Source of the DNA: an uncultured Methanoregulaceae archaeon
Lineage (GTDB): Archaea > Halobacteriota > Methanomicrobia > Methanomicrobiales > Methanospirillaceae
Length of the DNA: 64,000 bases
Direction: 5' to 3'
Assembly: GCA_963705255.1 (NCBI GenBank)
Contig: OY970061.1
Location: forward strand, 1-64,000
The notes beneath the pieces were generated by a model. It worked only from the letters and a program-made list of their open reading frames with translations, searched no databases and was not told the origin of the DNA. How positions within the stretch are numbered: position 1 is the stretch's first letter; the number at the start of each line of letters is the position of its first letter. Below, one piece after another: positions 41,142 to 50,328 of the stretch. The position numbers and the translations under genes are program-made.

Positions 41142-43097
41142 TCATCGCCCTGTATGGTGCCGGGCCGCCTCGCTCATCCGCTCATTCAGTTTCCTGACCT
41201 GGTCCCGAAGGGCAATTGCCCGCTCGAAGTCAAGATTCTCCGCAGCGTCCCGCATCTGCTTTTCGAGTTCGATGACCACGTTCGGGATCTCCTTTCTTGG
41301 CACGTGCCGGGTATCCCTGATATCGACTTCTTTTTCCTTGACTGGTTTGACGATGGTCTGCGGGATGATGTTGTGCTCTCTGTTGAAGGCGACCTGCAGG
41401 TCCCGGCGGCGCTTCGTCTCGGCGATCGCGCGTTTCATCGAATCGGTCATCGTATCAGCGTACAGCACGACGTTCGCATTCACGTTCCGGGCTGCCCTGC
41501 CGATGATCTGGATCAGGCTCCGGGCATCGCGGAGAAACCCTTCCTTGTCGGCATCCAGGATACCGATAAACCCGACTTCGGGGATGTCAAGTCCCTCCCT
41601 CAACAGGTTGATCCCTACCAGCACGTCGAATTTCCCGAGACGGAGCTCGCGGATGATCTCGCTGCGCTCGAGGGTCTGGATCTCCGAGTGAAGGTAGCGG
41701 GTCCTGATCCCCTGCTCCGCAAGGAACTCAGACAGTTCCTCTGCGAGTTTCTTGGTGAGCGTGGTGATGAGGACGCGGTCTCCCCGCTCAACGGTTGCCC
41801 GGACTTCCCGTATCACGTCCCCGGTCTGACCCTCGATAGGACGTACCTCCACACCCGGGTCCACAAGACCTGTCGGGCGGATAATCTGCTCGACGAGCCT
41901 CGAGGATTTTTTCAGTTCATAGTCACCCGGGGTTGCGGACACGAAGACAACGTTTCCCATGTACTGCTCAAACTCATGGAACCTCAGGGGGCGGTTGTCG
42001 TACGCACTCGGGAGCCGGAAACCGTAATCCACGAGTGCTTTTTTCCGCGAGCGGTCGCCGTTGTACATGCCGTGCAGCTGCGGGATCATCTGGTGGCTCT
42101 CATCGATGATCATCAGGAAGTCGTCCGGGAAGTAGTCGAGCAGGCAGTAGGGTTTCTCGCCCGCTTTCCTGCCATCGAAATGCCGGGAATAGTTCTCGAT
42201 CCCCTTGCAGGAGCCGGTCTCCTCGATCATCTCGATATCGAACCGGGTCCGCTGCTCGAGCCGGTGGGCTTCGATCATGCCGAGCGTGGGAAGTACTTCG
42301 TCGAGTTCCTTCCGGATCGATTCTATCGCCGTTCTGCGGGTGCTCTCCGGGGTGACAAAGTGCCGGGCGGGGTAGACATAGAAATACTTCATCTCCTCTT
42401 TTTTTGCTCCGGTATTCTTGTCCACCTCCCGGATGCGCTCGATCTCCTCGCCGAAGAGCTCGACCCGGATGATGTCGTTGAAGTAGCCGGGTACGATGTC
42501 GATGGTGTCCCCTTTGACCCTGAACCGCCCCGGGGCCAGATCGATATCGTTCCGCTCGAACTGGATATCGAGGAGCCGGCTCAGGATCCCGCTGCGGCCA
42601 ATCTTCTGGCCGACAGCGAGTTCGAACCCCATGTTCCGGAAATTTTCCGGGTTGCCAAGGCCGTAGATGCAGGAGACCGAGGCGACCACGATCACGTCGC
42701 GGCGGTAGGAGAGCGAAGCAGTGGCGGAGAGCCGGAGCATCTCGATCTTGGGATTGATGGCAGAGTCTTTCTCGATGTACTGGTCCTTTGCCGGTATGTA
42801 GGACTCCGGCTGGTAGTAATCATAGTAGGAGACGAAGTACTCGACACGGTTGTGGGGGAAAAAGTCGCAGAACTCCTGGTAGAGCTGGGCCGCAAGCGTC
42901 TTGTTGTGGGCGAGGACGAGCGTTGGCTTGTCCGCTGCTACGATCACGTTTGCCATGGTGAACGTCTTGCCGGAGCCGGTGACACCAAGAAGAGTCTGGC
43001 ACTGCTCGCCCGAATTGAGTCCTTCGGTTAACTGCCGTATTGCTTCCGGTTGTGAACCGGCCGGTGCAAACGGGGAGGTGAGCTGGAATCCTGTCAC
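41142..43097 (-). CDS. uvrB: Excinuclease ABC subunit B
   Basis: GVTGSGKT, YYDYYQPE, DESH, GINLLREGLD and C-terminal UVR domain; GTG start inferred. Confidence 0.96.
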   Translation of the reverse strand: MTGFQLTSPFAPAGSQPEAIRQLTEGLNSGEQCQTLLGVTGSGKTFTMANVIVAADKPTLVLAHNKTLAAQLYQEFCDFFPHNRVEYFVSYYDYYQPESYIPAKDQYIEKDSAINPKIEMLRLSATASLSYRRDVIVVASVSCIYGLGNPENFRNMGFELAVGQKIGRSGILSRLLDIQFERNDIDLAPGRFRVKGDTIDIVPGYFNDIIRVELFGEEIERIREVDKNTGAKKEEMKYFYVYPARHFVTPESTRRTAIESIRKELDEVLPTLGMIEAHRLEQRTRFDIEMIEETGSCKGIENYSRHFDGRKAGEKPYCLLDYFPDDFLMIIDESHQMIPQLHGMYNGDRSRKKALVDYGFRLPSAYDNRPLRFHEFEQYMGNVVFVSATPGDYELKKSSRLVEQIIRPTGLVDPGVEVRPIEGQTGDVIREVRATVERGDRVLITTLTKKLAEELSEFLAEQGIRTRYLHSEIQTLERSEIIRELRLGKFDVLVGINLLREGLDIPEVGFIGILDADKEGFLRDARSLIQIIGRAARNVNANVVLYADTMTDSMKRAIAETKRRRDLQVAFNREHNIIPQTIVKPVKEKEVDIRDTRHVPRKEIPNVVIELEKQMRDAAENLDFERAIALRDQVRKLNERMSEAARHHTGR

Positions 43098-43295
43098 GGT
43101 TCTTAGGATCTCGGGTTTTGATATTAAAAGGGATCGGGATATGGCATGAAGGCGAAAGGGAGGGGGCTGCCAGATTGGTGACAAGGAAATGTGCCGGAAT
43201 TGCAGCGCGGGGATGCCCAATGCGCATTATACTGCAGAATATGTTCTCATCATTATGCACACACGGCATACGGCAGCACGAAAAATAAAAGAGGA

Positions 43296-43490
43296 TTATT
43301 TCTTTGAGATAAGTGTGTGTTTATCTTCATCGACTTTGTAGGATTTCGGACGGTCAAGGAGATCAAGCGCGTTGATCTTCATGTCGATAAGCTCGGAATA
43401 ATTAAACGACTCGTACTCCTTTTCGCCCTTCTCATCCCAGAAAACGACAATCCCGTTCTCCATCTTCTTGCTGCTGACAATATCGTGCAT
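43296..43490 (-). CDS. Small hypothetical protein
   Basis: 64-aa ORF with natural composition and an ATG start. Confidence 0.65.
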   Translation of the reverse strand: MHDIVSSKKMENGIVVFWDEKGEKEYESFNYSELIDMKINALDLLDRPKSYKVDEDKHTLISKK

Positions 43491-43548
43491 ACTGTCAAAT
43501 CGGGGACGTGAGCACATGAATTTTTCTGCGTCAGAAAAATATGAAAAA

Positions 43549-43928
43549 GGCTTTGTAGAGATCCTATTTTATCCTGTAATTTGATTATATTCTCCGCTGG
43601 TTATGAGGGTGACCCCCTCTCTCCCCCACTGGGGGAGGCAGCGAAAGTCTGACGACCTTCTCGATTTCGTAGTCTGATGACTACTCAATCAGCCCAAGGG
43701 GGGTATCCCCTTGAATCTCTGAGAGGTCTTCAGACCTCGAAGAGGAGAAGGGAGGCAAGAGCCGACCTTCGACCCGTCTATTATTCCTCTCCTTATCTCA
43801 GTGGTTTTTCATCAACCTTCTGAGGGGCTATCGCAATATGGGGGGCCCCGGCGGCGGGGGGGTGGAGGCATCAGATGCCGCAGCCCCCAAGAGCGTCTGC
43901 AATGAAAACCAATGATTTCTGCAGAGCC
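43549..43928 (-). mobile_element. MITE, family A copy 2 (380 bp)
   Basis: TIRs GGCTTTGTAGAGATC / GATTTCTGCAGAGCC; A tracts on both flanks; collinear with copy 1 plus two inserted hairpin blocks. Confidence 0.8.
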
Positions 43929-43951
43929 AAAAAAAGAATTTGGTTTTCCTC

Positions 43952-45244
43952 TCACATCGGTTTATAGTGACCCCATTTCTCCAGCGCTTCCCTCAGGGCT
44001 TGTGCGTTCCTGGCTTTCTCATCGAGCGGTATGCCCTCTTTCCAGGCCTCGATTGCCTGCATGGTAGCCTGTGCCCCGGCCCGTGTCCCTTTCGGGTGAC
44101 CGTGGATGCCACCGGACACGAGCAGAACCATTTCCGTCCCGTAAATATCGAGCACATCGGGCACAAGACCCGGATGCAGCCCACCGGACGAGACCGGGAA
44201 CGCAGTTTTGATCGTTCCCCAGTCCTGTTCAAGCAGCATGCCATCCACCGCCTTGATCTTCTTCTCCCGAAGGATATCCGCAAGCGCCATGGACTCCCTC
44301 CGCGAGCCGGTCAGTTTTCCTACTGCGGTCCCGGTATGGATTTGCGTGACACCTATCAGCCGCATGAGCTTTGCGAGGAACTGCATGGTTATCCCGTGCT
44401 TCCGGTTGCGGTCGAACGTGGCATGCATCGCGCGGTGCGCGTGGATCGCGAGGCCGAGATCGGAACAGTAGTCCCGCATCGTCATGACTCCTGCAGTGCC
44501 GGCAACGACGACGTCGATCATCGCGTAGTTCCAGCCGTTCTCGGCAAGCATGTCAGCCCGTTTCTTCATCGTCTCCACATCGGCGGTAATATTGAGGAAC
44601 GCAGACTTTTTCTCCCCGGTCTCTTTCTCGGCCACATCCCGCAGTTTCGTCATGTGCTTAACCCGGTCGTCGAACTGGTTGAACGAGGTGGAGGTCAGGT
44701 TTTCATCGTCTTTGACAAAATCAAAACCGCCCATCCAGGTCTCGTACCCGATCTTTGCGTGCTCCCGTGCCGAGAACCCGATCTTGGGCTTGGGCACCGC
44801 GCCGGTGAACGGCCGGTCGGTGATTCCCATCATCTTCCGGATCCCGTCGTTGCCGAAATGAGGGCCTTTGAAGTGTTTTATATAGGCAGGCGGGAGCGAG
44901 ACATCGATCAGCCTCAGGTTCTTCAGGGCTTTCATGCCAAAGATGTTCCCTGCGATCCCGCTCAGAAGCTGAACGGCATTCCCCTCTTCCCAGAGGGCCA
45001 GCGGGTATGCGATCTTTACCACGTTTCCTTCTATGTCAAACGCCGTTGCCTGCAGGGCTTTCATCCGGGGCGGCATGGTAAAGAGGGTGGTCCATGTCCC
45101 GGTCGAACTCTCGGACGCGATCCGCCCGGCTGCTTCCCTGCCGCTGATCCCTGCAGCGGGTTCAAAATAAAAGAGGCAGATGAGTTCGTTCTTTTCCGGC
45201 TCGTAATTCAGGTTGACAAATTCGTTGTACCAGTCAATTGCCAT
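43952..45244 (-). CDS. rbcL: Form III ribulose-bisphosphate carboxylase
   Basis: ESSTGTW, KPKIG, GGFDFVKDDE, HAHRAMH and SGGLH. Confidence 0.95.
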   Translation of the reverse strand: MAIDWYNEFVNLNYEPEKNELICLFYFEPAAGISGREAAGRIASESSTGTWTTLFTMPPRMKALQATAFDIEGNVVKIAYPLALWEEGNAVQLLSGIAGNIFGMKALKNLRLIDVSLPPAYIKHFKGPHFGNDGIRKMMGITDRPFTGAVPKPKIGFSAREHAKIGYETWMGGFDFVKDDENLTSTSFNQFDDRVKHMTKLRDVAEKETGEKKSAFLNITADVETMKKRADMLAENGWNYAMIDVVVAGTAGVMTMRDYCSDLGLAIHAHRAMHATFDRNRKHGITMQFLAKLMRLIGVTQIHTGTAVGKLTGSRRESMALADILREKKIKAVDGMLLEQDWGTIKTAFPVSSGGLHPGLVPDVLDIYGTEMVLLVSGGIHGHPKGTRAGAQATMQAIEAWKEGIPLDEKARNAQALREALEKWGHYKPM

Positions 45245-45636
45245 AGATATTCCTGTACCTTTAAAGGCGATTCCGGGTAAAAAAAGGTGCTCAAGAGATG
45301 TTTGCCGCAAGGCCATGGTGGAACGAACCATGTATGATCACCGGGAGACGGACGTGCAGGATACCGTTCAACCTTTCGTCCGGAAACACCACTATTTCTG
45401 AAATGGACCCACGCCCCATCCCTGTTCATTCTCGCTATCGGTGATACTGCCCTGTTCATCGATTATGTGCAATGGGCCCGGGTCATGACGGCCTCGCAGC
45501 CTTGCGCAACCGATGCCGTCGCGGTTGCCAACCGGCTGACAGCAGGATCCCGACCAGGGAAAAACCGTGCATCTCAGGATCCCGCAAGTTTATGCGGGGG
45601 ATGGCGGACCGGTTCACGATAAAAATCCCGGCGCAC

Positions 45637-46943
45637 TCATTTTCCGGATTTCCCGAAACGACCACGGAGGGATCCCGAAATCGTTGAAAAAATGCCTGTT
45701 CGGGACGAGGGGGACTCTTCCTTCCCGAACGGCTCCGGCTCTGCCATGCCTGCAGATTCTTCCGGAGGGACAGGACCTGCCGGTACATCCGGCATAGCTT
45801 CGGGCAGGATTTCAGGATCCTGAATGACTGCAAGTGCCCCGGAACTTGGTATTTTTTGGATTGATCTCCCCGCCGGGGGCTCCGGATGATCCATGATGTC
45901 ACCGGAAGGTGGCTGAACCGGAACGAATGCAGGCTCTGCCATCACCGTTACCGGAACTTCCTGTCCGGCAGAAGTTGAAGGTCGGGCGGATTCATAACCG
46001 ACCTCCGGGGGCAGTGTACCCTCCGTGTGATCGATCGGTACTCCCTCATGGCCTGACTCCACGGAAGGTACAGCAACGTCTTCCCCCCCGGTGCGAACAT
46101 GAGTTTCCGTGGCTGCCGCCATCAGGGTGATCGCTCCAGGATCGGGTGTCACGGGATCTGCAGGGCCGGTTACACCGGATACGATTTCCGGTGCCTGCAG
46201 GATGATGCCAGGAGAAGCATTGTCAGGGGCACTCTCTCCAGCGGGCAGATCTCCCGGCCCGGTTGGAGCAGCTGGAACCGGTACCATGACTGGCTCGGGA
46301 GGTACCGTTGCTATCGGACGCGGGGCATCATCCATCTCCCGGGAAAGTTCACTGGCAAGACCGCTCTGTTCGGTTATCCGGTTTCCGATCACTGCGATGG
46401 AACTCATCAGTTCGTCACGGTTCGGCGCATCGCGATGAGCGAGATCGAGCTCCTTCTGCAGGGTGTCCCTGAGGCTGGCGTCCACATCAAGCGTTGTTTT
46501 GAGCGCAAAATATTCGGAAATTTTTTCCGGTCGGATCCCTGCAGCATGGAGCGCACCGCTCTCCTCCCTCGCCGTTTTCCTTCTCGAAAGCACCTTTTCA
46601 ATAGCCGCGACGAGCTGTTTCGGGTTCACCGGTTTTGAAATGAAGTCATCGATAGTAATCCGGTGAGTTCGGCCTCTTCCGGAGTGATCTTCTTTGCAGA
46701 GAACATGAGAACCGGTATGTCCCGGGTTCTGGGGTCTGCCTTGATCCGCTCCAGTGTCTCCCAACCGTTCATGGGTTCCATCATAATATCGAGAATGATC
46801 AGGTCCGGTGTCTCCCTGCTCAGGATGTCAAGACACTGCTCTCCACCGAAAGCGGCAAGGGGGCGATAGTATTTTTTCAGGATCAGGACGAGCCCTTCGA
46901 CAATCAGCCTCGTATCGTCAACGATAAGGATGGTATCGGTCAA
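45637..46943 (-). CDS. Response regulator with coiled coil and a long Pro/Ala/Glu-rich tail; frameshift near 46665
   Basis: REC domain (ILIVDD, ILDIMM) in ORF 46626-46970 continues as IDDFISKP in ORF 45637-46764. Confidence 0.75.
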
Positions 46944-47124
46944 AGGTATCCTCCTCCTCGTCCCGGACACACATACCTCTGACGCTTTTATCAGGGAGGG
47001 ATTTTGTCAGGGACAGAGTATCTCTTCATTTATGAAAACCGGTGAAGGGTCTCTCAATTCTCCAGTATATATTAGGTAAAATGAAATTTAAATGATCTTG
47101 TAAATGAATCCGGGTTCCTGAGGT

Positions 47125-47140
47125 AAAAAACCTTTATAGA
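47125..47140 (+). promoter_or_regulatory. BRE/TATA-like archaeal promoter
   Basis: AAAAAACCTTTATAGA. Confidence 0.45.
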
Positions 47141-47413
47141 CCGGGTCAGCGAAGGGGACAGGGTTGAACACGTTCTCCAGACTTGTCAGGGAGGGTCGTC
47201 AGCCAGTCAATCTCGTCATTGCTCGACCGGTGGGGCACGGGCACTTTGGCAGGGCAGACAGAACAGAACAGTAAATCCGGATTTTTATACCCGGGTGTAC
47301 GACACAACTCCGGATGAAAGCCAAAGCCATGGACGCCCGGCAATCCCATCGGCCTTTTGCTTGAACGACCGGATACTTCATGTGATGCAAAGACCAGCTG
47401 ATATGGAATAATC

Positions 47414-48060
47414 ATGGGCGAGCGCAGACCTGAGGCCCCGGAAAAAGCCACGCGGCCGTCCTGACCGGCCCCCCGTTCTACCTCCCGGAATTCGAGGAGT
47501 CGTACCGGTACATTATCGATGAGTATGACATTGGCCCCCGGGACATTGCCATTTTTATTCCCTGTGCGGTCCGGAAACCCTACAGCCAGAGCCCGAGCCA
47601 CCAGCTGATCCGGATGATCATATCGCAGGTCCTCGAACCGTCACAATACCATATCGTCGTTTTCGGGACATGCGGGATCGTCCCTGCCGAGCTTGAGGAG
47701 ATGTACCCGTATGCCCATTACAGGTACATGCTCGGGAAATGCCAGGACGAATCGGTGAAGGAGGACTTCCTCAGGATCGAGACCGAACGGGTTGCGGGCT
47801 ATCTCGAAAAGACCCGGCATACCTATACCTACCGCATCGCGTACTGTATCGGGCTCTTCCGCGAGGCGCTGGTCCGGGGGTCAAGGAAAGCAGGGGTCGA
47901 TATCGATCTCCTCCTTCCCAGCCGGGACATGATCAACCGGATCATCGAGGAGGAGGAGTGCGCGTTCCAGGAGGGCAACCTCTCCATGGAAGATTACCTG
48001 GGGGAGTTCTGCGACGGGCTCATCCGGTTCCGGAATGATCACTATGGGATGGGGAAGTGA
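47414..48060 (+). CDS. DUF5591-like protein (related to the archaeosine synthase/TGT central domain); frameshift in an A-run near 47445
   Basis: IFIPCAVRKPYSQSPSH motif lies in frame upstream of ORF 47614, followed by GIVPAELEEMYP. Confidence 0.75.
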
Positions 48061-48066
48061 GAGGGG

Positions 48067-48700
48067 GGTCCGGCAGATCAATATTCTGACGCTCTTGGGG
48101 ATGTCGACATGACAAAGTCATGGAGACAAGAGAAGAACGCATAAGCGTTCTTCGAATTTTCTGCAACCTGGGCACAGCGAAGATGCTCTCGAATCTTCTC
48201 GAGCCTGCCATGCCTTTGGCGATGGCAGCATCCCCCGAATTGCGATAGTCACTCAGAAGGTTGGCAGGAAATTCTTGAGAGAATGAGAGGAATAATAGAC
48301 GGGTCGAAGGTCGGCTCTTGCCTCCCTTCTCCTCTCCGAGGTCTGAAGACCTCTCAGAGATTCAAGGGGATACCCCCCTTGGGCTGATTGAGTGGTCATC
48401 AGATCACGAAATCGAGAAGATGCGTTAGCATCTTCGCTGCCCCCCCCTTCGGAGGAGACTGCTCTTCCCGAAGGGAAGAACAGGCTGGAGAATGTCGAAA
48501 GTCATCAGACTTGAGACAGGAGAAGACCGTAGGTCTTCGATCGAACTCGTCAGAGTTCTTCGATCTCCGAAGAGGTTCAACAGGACCTCGAGGATAAGAA
48601 GAACTCATCAGAGTTCTTCGATGTGAGAGAGAGGGGGTCACCCTCATGACATCTTCAAATGGTTTACAAAAAATGAACCGTGGAAGATTTCCACAGAGCA
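48067..48700 (+). mobile_element. MITE, family A copy 3 (about 635 bp, hairpin-expanded)
   Basis: Skeleton blocks CGCTCTTGGGG, GCGATAGTCACTCAGAAGGTTGG, TCAAGGGGAT..CCCTTGGG and GAGAGAGGGGGTCAC; right TIR GATTTCCACAGAGC; left end degenerate. Confidence 0.75.
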
Positions 48701-48707
48701 GAAACCC

Positions 48708-49457
48708 TCACTCCTCCTCTCCCTCATCCTGCCCGGCCTTCTCCCCGATATCCCGGTCGAGACTCGACGGATCGATGTGCCACTCGCTCCTGCGGAGCAG
48801 CCCGTGCAGGGTGCTGGCCTCCCGGATCGTGAGGTTCGCCCTCCCGAGGATCCTGCGGATGAGGACCATCGTGTTCTCCCGCTTGAATGCCGGGTGATGG
48901 ATGGTGTCGAGATACCGGTCGATGTGGCGGTAGAGGTAACCCATCTCGGCAGGGGAAGCGAGCGCATAGGACGGGAGCGGGAGATCGGCCAGCTCGTAGC
49001 AGACGACCCCAACGGCATGAGAGAGGTTGAGGATCGGGTACTTCTCAGTAGTCGGGATGGTGCAGATCATGTCGCTGCGTTTGACCTCCTCGTTGCTGAG
49101 CCCCCAGTTCTCGCGTCCGAAGAGAATGGAGATGCGCCCGTCGGTATCCTTGATCCGCCCGCGGAGTTCTTTTGGCGAGTAGAATGGCATCCGCATGGAA
49201 TGGCAGACCGATTTGCTCACGGTCCCGGTGGTCGCGACCACGATGTTACTCCGGGCGAAGACGTCTTCGACGGTGCAGACCTCTGCATTCCTGAGCACGT
49301 CCTGCGCATGACTGGCCCGGGCCTTAGCCTCCTCGCCAAGCGGGCATGGATCGATGAGCACGAGCCGCAGGAACCCGAAATTTTTCATCACGCGTGCGGC
49401 AAAGCCCACGTTGCCTTCGTAGATGGGGGCAACGAGCACGATGTCAATGACGGGCAT
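48708..49457 (-). CDS. trmJ: TrmJ-family SPOUT tRNA methyltransferase
   Basis: GNVGFAARVMKNFG, LFGRENWGL and ILNLSHAV. Confidence 0.9.
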   Translation of the reverse strand: MPVIDIVLVAPIYEGNVGFAARVMKNFGFLRLVLIDPCPLGEEAKARASHAQDVLRNAEVCTVEDVFARSNIVVATTGTVSKSVCHSMRMPFYSPKELRGRIKDTDGRISILFGRENWGLSNEEVKRSDMICTIPTTEKYPILNLSHAVGVVCYELADLPLPSYALASPAEMGYLYRHIDRYLDTIHHPAFKRENTMVLIRRILGRANLTIREASTLHGLLRRSEWHIDPSSLDRDIGEKAGQDEGEEE

Positions 49458-49464
49458 AAAAAAA

Positions 49465-50154
49465 TTACTGGACTGCGTCGACCGTCGCTTTCAGGACGAC
49501 TGCGCCCTGGTCGTATACTGCATTGCCGACGACAATCGTGTCGGCATACCTGCTCATCTGCGCTGCTTTCTCCGCAGAGTTGATCCCGCCGCCATAGTAC
49601 AGCACCGACTTGTCAAGGGCCTCGGATACGGCTTTCACAACGGCCGGATCTCCGTAGATACCGCTGTATTCGATATACACAACAGGGAAATGGAAATAGT
49701 GATCCGCGACGCTTGCAAAGGCAGCGACCTCCTCAGCTTTGAGACTGCACATTGCCTTGGTCATACGGCCGACTGATGAGTCCGGGTTCAGGACAATATA
49801 AGCTTCCGGAACGATGAAGTCCCACGGGATTTTGCCTTTCTGCATCTGCACCCACTCCCGGTGCTTGCCGACGATCCATTGCACATCAGTAGTGTTCATG
49901 ACGCTCGGGACAAAAACAAAATCGATCCCCTGCATCAGCACGGCATCCGGTCCCGCAGGCTCCATGACGAGCGGAAGGTCATAGGCACCTACCTGTTTCT
50001 GGAGTGCGGAGAGGTTCTCCTGCGTGACATTGAGTGTTCCCGAGAGCATCAGGGCATCGGTACCGCTCGCGGCAATAGCATCAATATCCCCGGGCTTCAG
50101 CTGCTTGTCAGGATCGAGTTTGGTCACATGCACCCAGTCTTTCCATTTCATCAT
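49465..50154 (-). CDS. pcrB: Geranylgeranylglyceryl phosphate synthase (PcrB family)
   Basis: HVTKLDPDK, EAYIVLNP, YIEYSG, YGGGI and VVGN. Confidence 0.9.
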   Translation of the reverse strand: MMKWKDWVHVTKLDPDKQLKPGDIDAIAASGTDALMLSGTLNVTQENLSALQKQVGAYDLPLVMEPAGPDAVLMQGIDFVFVPSVMNTTDVQWIVGKHREWVQMQKGKIPWDFIVPEAYIVLNPDSSVGRMTKAMCSLKAEEVAAFASVADHYFHFPVVYIEYSGIYGDPAVVKAVSEALDKSVLYYGGGINSAEKAAQMSRYADTIVVGNAVYDQGAVVLKATVDAVQ

Positions 50155-50328
50155 AATCACAGTACCTCTTGGCGTTCCATCCCCATAAACCGGTATCCTG
50201 CCCGGTGATCACACCCAACCTGCACGAGATTGTCTTGAATCAAATGCAGCAGTTCATCGGTTCCGGACAACCAATGGAACACTTTATATGAAAATAACCG
50301 TAATCGGGAACATACCCGTACGATATTC

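Noticed and set aside
41061-43031. 656-aa plus-strand ORF and similar long antisense ORFs (e.g. 43940-45280, 31612-33087, 16909-18162, 22703-23782)
   Set aside because: Shadow ORFs opposite GC3-rich real genes, with no recognisable motifs
48067-48700. CRISPR array or mini-array
   Set aside because: The hairpin units vary in sequence and spacing, there is no constant repeat-spacer period and no cas genes are present
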